A stretch of 64,000 nucleotides of DNA from Bugula neritina (taxonomy: Eukaryota; Animalia; Bryozoa): the NCBI GenBank assembly GCA_964035545.1, contig OZ037769.1:11190633-11254632 (forward strand), read 5' to 3'. The translations under genes and the position numbers were made by a program. This document shows positions 50,401-62,136 of this stretch, one piece after another; position 1 is the stretch's first letter; each line of letters begins with the position of its first letter. Below the pieces are notes generated by a model. It searched no databases and was not told the origin of the DNA. It saw nothing but the letters and a program-made list of their open reading frames with translations.

Positions 50401-52043
50401 CTTTGTTTTACTATTTATGTTGCTTCAAGGAGATGTATCATGCAAAAAATAGTTTTAGACACATCTGCTTATGACAGTTTATGGCAACGACTAGCAGGTG
50501 ATACTACTGTCACTAGTAGGCATTCTGTCATGTGTTTACAGATTCCAAACCCTCTGTTTGACTTGGCTGGTATCACTTGTGGACATTTCCTCATACCATT
50601 CTGGACCTTCTTTGGCGCAACGCTCATTGGTAAAGCTGTTATCAAAATGCATATTCAGGTACTTTTTTATCTCAGCTGTGTTTGTGTCTGTTCTAGACTT
50701 GCATTGTCAAATATCACTGTGAACACTGTAGTTTTACAGTCACTTCGCTATCACTGTGAACACTGTAGTTTTACAGTCACTTCGCTATCACTGTGAACAC
50801 TGTAGTTTTACAGTCACTTAGCTATCACTGTGAATACTGTAGTTTTACAGTCTCTCAGTTATCACTGTGAATACTGTAGGCCCTTTTTTATTTATATAAA
50901 TTAAATTAGCAAATAAGTTTCTTGTGCCTCATAAAAGAATCTGATTTATTCTAAACTTACATATAAAGAGTAATTGAATGCTGAAATTAAGATTCTACAT
51001 GGCAGTAACTATGGAAGAATTGTTATCTCAACTGTTAAGAGCTGCACTTGCAGCTGCACATGATGTTCTAAACTATTTAATAATGAATGAGAGCAATAAA
51101 CTTGTGTGTTGAGTATCTTAATGTTAATCGTGGCTAGGGCAGTTCAAGATTGTTGAGTATTGCTGAGTAGTTTATTATTATTATTTCTTATTGAGTAGGC
51201 TGTGATGTAAATTGCTTCTCCATGTTTATGTTTTAGCAACTTGTGGTTATATTTGCGTTCAGTGAACAGCATGTAGAGACTTTTATAAATATGCTCAAGT
51301 AAGTTTTTCGTATAAATTATTACTTTTTATACAAATTTTATGGTTATGCATGTTGTTTATGTTTAATGTGCATCTGCCATGTGCTTTGTGACATTTTCTT
51401 TCATTATGATATTTTTGTCTGGCAACCAATAGGCTCAATGAATTTTTCTCAATGTTTTAAGTTTTTTATATTTGTTAATGGCATTTTGCGGAATTTGATA
51501 TTTTTAGTAATTTATCTTGGTTTGGCACTGGACTATGAATGCATATATTTTTTGCCTGGTCACCTGATATTTTGTTGAATTTGTAGAAAAATACCTCAAA
51601 TAGGTGATAAAATTGGTCAGCCATTCAGAGACTACCTCCTTAGTCAAAGAGCCAAGTTGCACAAAGACTCGACCTCTACTGAAACAGTAAGAGTCTGCTT
51701 TTTTATCAATTTAACTCCTGCACCATGAACGTTATTTTTGTGGTGTTTTATGCTTTTAGTTTAAATTTTCAAATTGGCTTTGTTCACCAATAGATGTTTT
51801 TCAAGCTTCAATTTCAATATTTAATTCTGCTTTGCATAATTTTCATATCAAGAATACTAGTTAAAAAAATCATATCACTTATTTTCTTTTCAGGAAGCAC
51901 CATGGCTAGGATGGGTGTTCGAGAAGTTGATTATGATCATGGTGATATATTTTGTCATATCGATCATCAACTCATTTGCACAGAAATATCATAAACGATT
52001 ATGCATGGCCAAAAGAAAGCAGCCTGGAGCAAAACTCAAGTAA
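44467..52043 (+). CDS. VMP1: Vacuole membrane protein 1 (DedA/VTT-family ER scramblase, autophagy), about 419 aa
   Basis: Exons 44467-44520, 44899-45065, 45335-45425, 47567-47677, 47861-47940, 48578-48668, 48970-49125, 49232-49312, 50542-50658, 51237-51298, 51587-51686, 51894-52043 sum to 1260 nt. Motifs [87 protein letters not shown]. Confidence 0.96.
45545..45696. mobile_element. About 150-bp hairpin MITE (same family at 61834-62136)
   Basis: TIR gaattgttccataagcagct / agctgcttatagaaccattc; whole element is imperfectly self-complementary. Confidence 0.7.
48091..48490. mobile_element. About 400-bp degenerate foldback element in a VMP1 intron
   Basis: Inner arms aaatacaactaaataa..cctaattattta / taaataattagg..ttatttagttgtattt; outer arms aatttagta..tatttttcac / gtgaaaaata..tactaaatt. 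Confidence 0.7.
48800..48950. repeat. 28-bp minisatellite (atagtcacatgtgttgagttagtataac) with an isolated extra copy at about 49437-49470
   Basis: Directly visible. Confidence 0.88.
49885..50190. mobile_element. Tc1/mariner-like MITE with about 70-bp TIRs and TA TSD
   Basis: ccctagacacactctgccgcactgtaggccgtaacgtaaaatgtcagccattttt and its near-identical reverse complement at about 50132-50186; TA at 49883-49884 and 50191-50192. Confidence 0.85.
50712..50880. repeat. About 36-bp minisatellite (tatcactgtgaacactgtagttttacagtcacttcgc), about 4.5 copies
   Basis: Directly visible. Confidence 0.88.
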
Positions 52044-53465
52044 CCTGCGCTTCCCTCCCTACCTACACCATTCAGACTGTTTTCTCTCAAATCATAATAT
52101 TTATTTCAATATTCTGAAGCTCACATATTTTATCTTGATGATTAAATGCCCTCATTTATATTAATTTTATTGTAAGGCATCTGTGGTACATGTTGCCTTA
52201 TGAAGATTAGTAATAGCATGGGATCGTGTGACCTTCAAAATTGTAGGCAATTTATGATGACAGGATCATATGATACTCATTTATATATTATAAATAATTT
52301 TTTGAAGATAAAAATTTAAATTAATAAAAGGATGCTTAAAATTCATTAAAAATAGTATTTATTGCTATTTTATTATAAGTTGTGCTTTTTGCTATGCTTC
52401 CTGACAAGCATGATTTCATAATCGCCTATTATGGTGTTGATTTGTAACTTGCTCTTGCAGTTTACACGTTTGGCTAGGCATTACAGGCAGAAATATTGCC
52501 GCATGAAGCCAAGTGCCACTGAAGGGTTGTCTTATAAGCAAATTTACCAAGTGGTTGTTTGATCATATTCGGCAAAGTCATTCCAATTATTTGTATCCTA
52601 TTACTTTAGAGTTTAGACCTACTGCAATTTCAAACTATGGGATCTATAAGTTTGTACGATTTAGAAGATATCAAAGTGTTAGGGTGTTTAATATTTTTTT
52701 CAAAGATTTAAAATTTTGTGCTATGCATCAAAATTTCAAAATTGTTTCTAGAATTGTGTATAAATTCTTTTTATATAATCATATCTGTGCGTGTGTGTAT
52801 ATGGTTGAACTATATAGACTACTCATAATTTTTATCATAATGTGATCAAAGTTACTTTGATATCTAGTTGTGCTCTCTCTGTATGGCAGGTAGAACAACT
52901 ACTTGGCATAATTAATGATTGTGTGGCATTAAGTAAGCAATTGTAGTTTGCTATTTTTCAAAACATAGTGCTTTCCTTGCCTCATCTTTTAATGCAAACA
53001 TATGTTTGCAGATATACAAATTAAAATTAATTTGCTCTCCATGTAGTTTAGTTGATTTACTGCAAGTATTTGCACACCAATTTAAATTGACTTGCATGAC
53101 TTTCCTTATATTTTATTTAAAACAATCAGCCACAAGTTTACTTGATTTAGCTTATAGATTTAGGCTTATAATTTGGCTTGTTAGTAATACACTTGAGTTG
53201 TTTTGATTGGCTACTTTGGTAAAAGCAATAAAAGTTACATCAATGTGTACAGCTTGATTATCTCTTACTGGCTTCCAAATGTTGGGAAGTAAACAATATA
53301 CACAATAGAGTTGTTTTCTCTAAACTAACGCAGGCGACATTCGCACAATTGCGGTTTTCATTCAACTTTATGATTGGCTGGAAGCTTTTGTTTATTCTGT
53401 TGACTAGAGATTTCCTGTCGCTCAAATCCAAGGTCATTCTAGTAAGCGATTGCTTCGGTGAAAGA

Positions 53466-56400
53466 ATGGGAGTGCCCACGGTGTCGGTGTTATTTTGTTT
53501 AGCTGCCTTATTTTGTTGTTTAAATTGCTTTAACATAGATACTAAATACGCAGTGTTAAAAGAAAGTATAACTCCGGGTGGATATTTTGGTTATTCTGTC
53601 GCTGAACACTTTGTTGAAGAAAATACATCTCCTACGTTTAATACCAGCTATGTGAGGTGAGATTAAGAATTAGTATTGCATTTAGTTTTACTAAATCTAA
53701 CTTTCTAATAACTTATCAGTTAAAAGTAATAGTAATACTCATAAGTTATGCAGTTACACTACAACTGTAGTAATAACGTCTATTATTATTATTATTAGAA
53801 TGACTAGCACTGTTACTGTTAGTGTTAGTATATTTGCTAGTAGTAGTTAGGAACTGAATCTAATTTACTATCTAATTTTAATTAGCAATCGAAACTCAGA
53901 TTGGGATTAAGTTTGAATTGTTGCCTTGTTATGTATGTTACACAGATACACTATACAGTTACACATTTTTGTTATTCCACGGACCATTAAGTTTAAAAAT
54001 AACTGCAGTAACTTAGGAGTGAGTGCTTCTTTTATTGAGTTGTTTTTTTTTTCTTTTGTGGACAGTTATGACATTAAGTTTAACTATATATTACTTACGT
54101 AAATCCAAATCCACTTAGTTGCAATCATAATCATAATACCTATTCACTGTTACTGTTACTGTTGAAGTTTAATTCAATCTTTTTAGTTTTACTAACTTTA
54201 TTATATTTTATTAAGCATAACGACTACCCGTGCAGGACTACAGGTGCAGGCCTGCAGCTGTCTAGGTGCAAAAAAATAACAACATTAACATACGTATTTA
54301 TTTAGTCTAAATATTATATACACACAAAATTGATTTTAATTACAACTAAAACATTTTTAAAATTACAATACTGATACAGAGTGAGAGTTGATAAGGGGTT
54401 ATTACCATGAATGGCAATCAAATTATCACTTTGAGGATTAAACATTGGGTTGGCGACACTGACCAGCAATGTGTGAATTGAATAAAATCTTATAAAATTT
54501 GGTTTTATCTTTTATTAATTTGTATAACTCTTAAAGCTGGAACTTATCAAATGTTGCTCCAAACTTTAGGTATCGCTTTTTTCAATTGTAACAACAGGGA
54601 CAGATGGACAGATTGTAACAGTCATTCGTTTAATTTGGTGGGAATGTCTTGCACTTTTATTTGGTTGTATACCATTTCTACTCTCCAATCTCATTAGAAA
54701 TTTTACACAGGTCCCCATTTTCTAAAGTTATAATCGTACTGTTGAAATGTAAATTCCTGAGCTGCTACTTAAAGTTAATGTTTTATGCAATGTAACGGTG
54801 AAAAAAACTAATTTTCCAATATATTATACTCGTAAAATATATTAGTAATTAATATAGTAAGGAAACTAGAATTTATGTTTTGCTTCACTTGGAGGCATTA
54901 AAATAAAAACTGCGAATTGTTGAATTTAAAAGTAAACTTTGAGTATGTAATGACGTAGTTTATATAAGAAGCCAAATGGTTGCATCAACCCTTTTTTTCA
55001 TCAAATTTTTAAAGTATCAAATGAAAAGGGTAAAATGTTCTGATATACCTAATGACTGTTGAAAAATGTGTCAGCAGCAGCAGCAATATTTGTTAAGATA
55101 TACGTGTTTTTGTCAAAAATGGCTTTTCTCTTTGACCAGTTAGTTCACCACACCTCTTACTTATAGAGCCCAATGTTTTGATCTCATCATGTTTTATTAT
55201 AAATACTTTGATCATGTTCTTTGCCCTCAATGGGTGAGCTACTTTGGAATATTGGTTGTTGTATAGTAAAATAGTCACAATGATGTCACAAGCAGGATTG
55301 GTGTAATTAAGTCAAGTCAAGGTTTATTCAAAGTTTATATATGGCGTGACTTTATAGCAGCTAAACATGTCAATTTAGTAATTTTAACCAGTGAATTCGG
55401 AAAATTTGTTAAATATTATGGCTAGACTCAACTCCCTCCCAGTATGATTTATTATAGAGAACTACACTTTCATTCCATGTTTTGCTGGTTTTTCTTTGTG
55501 TTTATTTTAGGTTTTTTTCTGCTACTAAATCATAAATCAGTGAAAGATGTTGGGTCACCTTGATTCAGGTTTCTTCACATACCATGCAGTGAATTGTGAC
55601 ATGAGTTGTTCTGTAACCATGGTAACTGTAGGTCTCTGTTAAACATGTGCTCTTCAGTGAATATAACTTTCACTCAGTATATTATAGCAGCAGCAGTCTT
55701 GGTATAAATAGTTTTTCTGCTCTGAAGCTGGTCACCCCAATTTCAAAGCCCAAACTAGTTTTCATGTAAATTTGTATCAAATGTATTTAATTTGGGAGGA
55801 ATGCAATGCAAGCAGGACTATAACACATGTTAACTGCTTTCTACATAAAGTCTGATGTAACCGTTATTAAACATATGTCTTTCATTATTTTCAGTGCAGC
55901 TCCAAACTCTACACACCCTGTCTATTGTTCAACTATTAACCCCAACATGTACTCCTCTGCCTTTTATTCCCATTTACTTTTCCTTGAGGCACATGCCTCC
56001 ATTTTTTCAAATACTTCGTGCTAAGGTGTTGTTTTCTTTCATTACTCGGAGAGTGACAGCGTATAGCTAGTAGTATAGATATGTTATATCCACCCCTGAT
56101 TTTAAAAATTAGAATACCTGCTTGCATGGGGTTAATTGTGACTGCTGTTGGGTTAGGTACTAATTATTTAGTAATTGGCCCAGTACTACTTCCTATTGCT
56201 AATATTTTTCCAGTGACTGGGTACTACCATATTATTTCCTAGCAGTGCATGGGAATGCAGCAATAGTTGTCCCAAATAGATATATTATGAGGTTCTACCC
56301 AATATTAACAGATATATTTTGCTAGTAAAGCTGTACTATTGTACACAGGGCGGTGTGCCTCTGGTATTATAGCTGATGATATCAAACTTTGCTAACAAAA

Positions 56401-59400
56401 GAATTTATTTGAGAGTTTCAAAGCAGTGGCTTTCTAACAATATATGTTTCTAAGTTGTAACCCAAGTCCTTAAATACATTCCTCAGCCTATAACTTGTAC
56501 ATTCATGGCACGCACTAATGGTTCACTAAGTCAACAGTGTAGCTATTGCATTATATTTTGGTTGGATTCATATTTGCTTTAAAAAGCAAAACATAATATT
56601 TTTGATAAAATGGTGATCTGATTAGTCACTAGAAGTAGCCGTGAGTTTATGCATGGCTGCTAATAACCAGTCAGCCAGAATATAATTACCGGTGTTAAGG
56701 ATGCATTTAGCTACATGTCATCTACATATATTAATATTAGTTAAGTCTTTCCCGCGTAGTGGAGCCAACTCCTGCTCACACCTCTAAAGTAGTGGATTTT
56801 TCTACTGCTGTGGATATTGGCCATTGAACTAGTTCATTGATATTGCCTGCCTATTAATTGCACTGTGTCAACTTTAGTCTACTCTCCAAGTGATGGACAA
56901 TTGACAATGAAGGATAGTAATTATACAGTTATCAGATAAAAACTATCTTGAAATAGCAAATAAAGATGGTAGCTTCTTTGTTTCTTATGCCCACTACTTT
57001 GCTGAGCAGTAGGGCATAAGTAACAGATTATCAGCTGATGGTGAATATCTACTCTTAAACTAACAACAATCTTAGTTCTTGTTATCAGAATGAGTCAGTG
57101 TGTAATGGTGTGTTGTTTGTCAACTTAACTTTACATAAATCAAACTAAATGTCTTGCCATATCATTTTGAATTAGGTCTGTACAAATCATACAGTATTGG
57201 GTGTAATATGATAGGTTACAAATTCAATGTATGATGACTGTATTGATGGGTGATGTGAGTGTCACCAGTTTGTGATGTTCTGTGATGATTTTGGGGAAAA
57301 GACTCGATGTATTTACCATAAGAAACCAGGGATGGGTGTTATCCAACATTTGATTTAGTTAGTTGTACCTCTGAGTCTACAAGCCCCCCCCCCCCTGTTC
57401 TTCATGCTAGGCCACTGACTAATAATTACTGATCCAATTTTTATTGCCTGTCAGATTAACAGATTATCATTGCATGCACATAAATTCATTGCTATAACAA
57501 TGAAATGATAATGGCCAGTTCCTAATGTTTATTATTTTATGACTTTGTATAATAGGTTTTAAAGCGCCCTCTTCACTAAAGTAAGCTATTCTAGTGTATA
57601 AATGTAAAAATTTTAGTAATAGTTCTCAATCAGCTTGAACTTAGTGACTAAATTATCACCTACCACCAGAGCTTGTTGGCTGGTGTAAAGGTTTTTAAGA
57701 TATTTTGAGGTTTTTAATGCTAAATTTGTAAAAAGAAAAACAGGAGATGTCTAGAAATTCAAAATACAATGTGGTGATTGATTAGCAAGAAATGATGTGC
57801 GATATTAGTTTTGTCAGTGAACTGAAAATTTGAGATGTTCAAATATACCATCAATATTCCTAGTATAATATATTTAATAATTCAAAAGCCAAATAATGTT
57901 GCTATATTTCTATAAAAAAAGTGATTTGTTTGTTTAAATTGTTTAATTTCCATAAATGTGCTCATTATATTGATGTGATCATGAAGATATTGCTTGTTAC
58001 TAGCAGCTTAGTACATACGTATTGCAATACATACTGAGCACTGAAGAAGAACTTGTTTCTGTCTGGATGTCTGTGTTTGAAGAACAAAAACTGGCTTGTT
58101 TTAGCTAAACATTGTGGTACACATACCTGCTAGTTTAACTACAGCTAGCTACATTCTCATTGTTGCCTTACAATAATGTGACCAGCTGCACACACTGGCA
58201 GTTATGACAGGCACCAACTCAGGTTGTCACTGTATTTTACAGGTTGCTGGTTGGCGCACCTCATGCTTACAGTGGGGATGTGATATTGAATGAGTTCAAC
58301 CAAACAGGTGCCCTATTCAGTTGTCCCTTAGACCTGAAGAATCCCAATTCAGTAGATGATTGCTCGGAGTTACCTTACCCGTCCACACAGAGTATGTAAT
58401 AAGTATTTTCTTTCAAATATTTTTGTACTGTTAATTTTTTTGTAGCGGATTTGGTAAAACTTGGTTAGATACTGCTAAATGAAGTTACTGAATAGATCTA
58501 TACAGGTACAAGAAAATGTGGCTATATTATACACCTTTTAAACCGGAATACTACCACTGTCCCTTACTTCCATCAACTATTTATTCAATTCAGGCTATTC
58601 AGTATAGCTTTAGTATATAATATTTTATAAGTATTAATGTGTACTTGACTCCAATTATTGGCATATCTAAAGTGTTAGCCAAGTGGTTAGCTGAATTTAG
58701 CCTCTCGGCTGACCAGAAAGTGATACAAAACATTTATGATACAAAGTTATTTTTAAGTTGAATTGATAAAAAAAGGAACCAAATAAATATAAAATAATAA
58801 ATAGTCATTAGTATGTTGTAAACAACTGTATTTTTATTCGCGCATATTTTTTTCAAATTACCTACTATTCCAGACTTTAATAAAACCAGTAACACAACTT
58901 GTTTTTATAATTTGACTGCTGCCACTACTGTCTATTCTGTAAGCTCACCTGACTGCCGTAAAAATAGCTGCAAGGGAAGTTAACTCTTAATAACTTACTA
59001 TTAGCATAAGTCAACTTCTCGCCTCTCCTACCAAAACTCTGACGAAAAATGTCAGAAGGTGCAAAGTTTTACTTCACATTTTCTTTAGCAACTTAATTGT
59101 TGAACAGCTCAACTTCAGTAGCTACTGCATATCATTATATTATAGTAAGTGCTGCGTATTAGGATATAGACTTGCTATTTATTCAATTCTACCTGGTGTT
59201 TATGTAGGGTTTACCAGAATCAAGCCAATTGCAGAAGAAAACAAGACAGAAATGTGGCTCGGTGTCAACATACGAAGCTCAGGCGCTGGACAGTTTGTTG
59301 TGGTAAATCTTTAAACTTCCATATACTATTCTAGACTGAAATGCAAACAATACATCAACTGTCAGACAAAAAACAGAATACAGAAAAAACTAACTTTTTA

Positions 59401-61771
59401 CTACAAATTTTATGCAATTAGCCAAATTCATTATAATTAAAGTTATAAAGAAGTCTGTTTTGAGCAGGAAACCTATATTTATGTTTTAAGAAGTTGCGCT
59501 AAGAATTCTACTAGCTATAGTTTTTGGTTAGTAGTCACTGTAGTACAGAGTTACTAGTTACTAGTCACTGCAGTACAGAGTTACTAGTTAGTAGTCACTG
59601 CCGTACAGAGTTATTAGTTAGTAGTCACTGTAGTACAGAGTTACTAGTTAGTAGTCACTGTAGTATAGAGTGACTAGTTAGTAGTCACTGTAGTACAGAG
59701 TTACTAGTTAGTAGTCACTGTAGTACAGAGTTACTAGTTAGTAGTCACTGTAGTACAGAGTTACTAGTTAGTAATCACTGCAGTACAGAGTCACTATATG
59801 GTGAAAGCACCAACTAGTACTTAATGGTCATGTTTATTAGTAGTTTGCTGTACACTAATCTATGAGTACTATCATTATCTTACTTATTATTCCTCCATCA
59901 ACACTTGCTGAAGAATACTCAGCAGCTGCTGTTTCATGACTTGTTTTGATAGGCTATTTAATCTCATCATTGATCCTCTCCCAACTCGTGTTTCACCCAT
60001 CATGCTGAGTTTGCCGATAAACTATCCCCCCCCCCCTGCACTGGATACATTCTTTCGTAATTGTGATCATATGCCTGCTGAATTTCTCCCCTCGCAGTGG
60101 GTGTGCTGAACATCCTACTGCTGCTTTTTTATTTTAAACTTCCCAACTAGCTAACGGCACATATGCTATACCTGAGGTGTAGAAATGGTCTACAACTATA
60201 CTTATGACTGGTTTCGAGTAGTAAATTCAAAGTGATTCTAGAAAATCTCAGTGAACAGTTTCTTATATCTAGGATCTATTAGATAGTAGCTATTATCTAG
60301 ATCTATTAGGTTTTAAAGGCAGAATTAAAAACATTACATAACTCAAGGTAAGAAAGCTATCTTCTAAAGTTGTAGTTTGCATATTAACTTGTCTTGTAGG
60401 AATGTATAAGTTTTTATAGGTTTTTCTTCAGCCCCTTTTGCTAGCTCAAGTATATACAACAATTTATCCAATAACAGCTTTTCTTTCACTCGGTGTCTTT
60501 TGAATTAAAATCTGGAAATTTGAACGAAACTCTCGAATTTTCAGTATTTCGATAAAATTTAGGTTATTTTTATGCTCACAATATTCAGTCAACTGTAAAA
60601 TTTTCATTTTTATAAAGTAAAAAGGACAACTTGGTGAAGTTTTTAGAAAGAGCTATTTATTTTTTATTTGAGCTTTACTCCATCAAATAAACTATATTTT
60701 TAAACTAAACCGTGTTTAGCAGAACATTTTATTGCGTAGATCTTGTAAGAATAAACCTCTCCATTTGTTGCCTGTACGGAGGGAGCAGCCGTGGTCTAGG
60801 GGTTAGAGCGCATGGTTAGTAAACATGAAGTCATGGGTTCAAACCTCTACAAAGGCCATTAGTGATGTTAGGAAGAGCATCCAGTCATAATTGCTCCTGT
60901 GCCCCATCTGAACAAGTCCTTAGCCCCATTTAACAAAAAACTGTTTCCATCAGTGGTTCCTCACAGGGATGGAGACTATAAACTTACGTGAGTTTTTATT
61001 TATTGCCTGTAGGAATGTGTCCATGGAGTAGTGTAGTAATTATAGAGGGACTGTTGTAGGCGTGTGGCCACAGATATAAGATAGTACAGAAGGGCATACC
61101 AGTTCCAGGAGAGGACGTGTATGTAGATGAGAAGGGAGAGAAGCAGGTCAACGTGTTTGGTATTGGTATATGCTACAACTACAAAGCTGACCTCACTCTG
61201 GAGGACGATGAAGATGACCAGGCTAAGGCACCATGCGCTGGCTTACCTCTGGTAGATGGGGGCAACTCCGTAGCTGGCGAATACGGCGTCTGCGCAGCTG
61301 GTGCAGGTCTGGCCACCCAGGTTAGTATATCTCAGCTACTGTGTCCCAGCTACTGTGTCTCAGCTACTGTGTCCCAGCTACTGTGTCCCAGCTACTGTGT
61401 CCCAGCTGTAACACTGCTTACTGTGTTGATGATGGGTAGACTGATTGTGATTTGGATTCTGTCAGAAATTTGTAAAATTGAGTATGGAATTAATTTAAAG
61501 TTTTTAAGCAAGAGCATTAAGAATATTGCTGTCTTGTTGTATTGAAAGATATTTTACTGGTTTATATTATTAATATGTTTCTCTCTAAATTTTGTCTCTC
61601 ATTTGTTTTAGAACCCGGATGTGATATATGGCATACCTAGTGCGAAAACCTTCATGGGAACTGTAGCCTGGGATCATAAAATACCTTTCCTGGAAGGTTC
61701 AGCTTTCTTTTCTCCACTAAAACCAACTGTAGATGCCATCAACCCTCCCAGTAAACTGGCAGCTTATAGAG
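53466..61771 (+). CDS. Integrin alpha subunit (signal peptide and first beta-propeller blades); continues beyond the window
   Basis: Exons 53466-53656, 58243-58391, 59208-59302, 61060-61320, 61612-61771, phase-consistent. Signal peptide then FNID..YFGYSVA, LLVGAP, TGALFSCP, WLGV, VACGHRY, GICY, CAAG, YGIP. No I-domain between blades 2 and 3. Confidence 0.9.
59526..59795. repeat. 30-bp minisatellite (gttagtagtcactgtagtacagagttacta), about 9 copies
   Basis: Directly visible. Confidence 0.92.
60777..61002 (+). mobile_element. tRNA-derived SINE with 9-bp TSD TTGCCTGTA
   Basis: A box GTGGTCTAGGGG, B box GGTTCAAACC, central GATGTTAGGAAGAGCATCCAGTCATAA, T-rich tail; TSD at 60768-60776 and 61003-61011. 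Confidence 0.8.
61330..61410. repeat. 15-bp minisatellite (cagctactgtgtc(c/t)-like unit) just after an integrin donor site
   Basis: Directly visible. Confidence 0.85.
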
Positions 61772-61833
61772 GTACGAACTGCATATACTACAGACCCTCT
61801 CAAGCCTTTGCCATCTTGTCCGAGAGCTAGCTA

Positions 61834-62136
61834 GAATGTTCTATAAGCAGCCCCAAGTTGGGGGTGACTGGGTGCAGTAGTTTGAGATTAAGTTTGGAGT
61901 TAAGTCCTCCAATTTCAAACTTGTAAACTCCAAACTACTGCACTCATTCACCCTTAACCTGGAGCTGCTTATAAACCAATTATTGCTGTGGCTCTGCAAC
62001 AAGTTGGGGGTGACTGGGTGCATTAGTTTAATTTCTGAAGTTTGGAGATTCCAACTTAAACCCCCAACTCTAAACTCAGAACTTCAAACTACCGCACTCA
62101 TTCAACTCCAACTCAGTGCTCTTTATAGAACAATTC
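61834..62136. mobile_element. Two tandem copies of the hairpin MITE family seen at 45545
   Basis: gaatgttctataagcagc..gagctgcttataaaccaat, then a second copy caagttgggggtgactgggtgca..ttatagaacaattc. Confidence 0.7.

Noticed and set aside
52044-53230. miR-21-like hairpin downstream of VMP1, as in vertebrates
   Set aside because: No recognisable mature sequence or hairpin; that linkage is known from vertebrates
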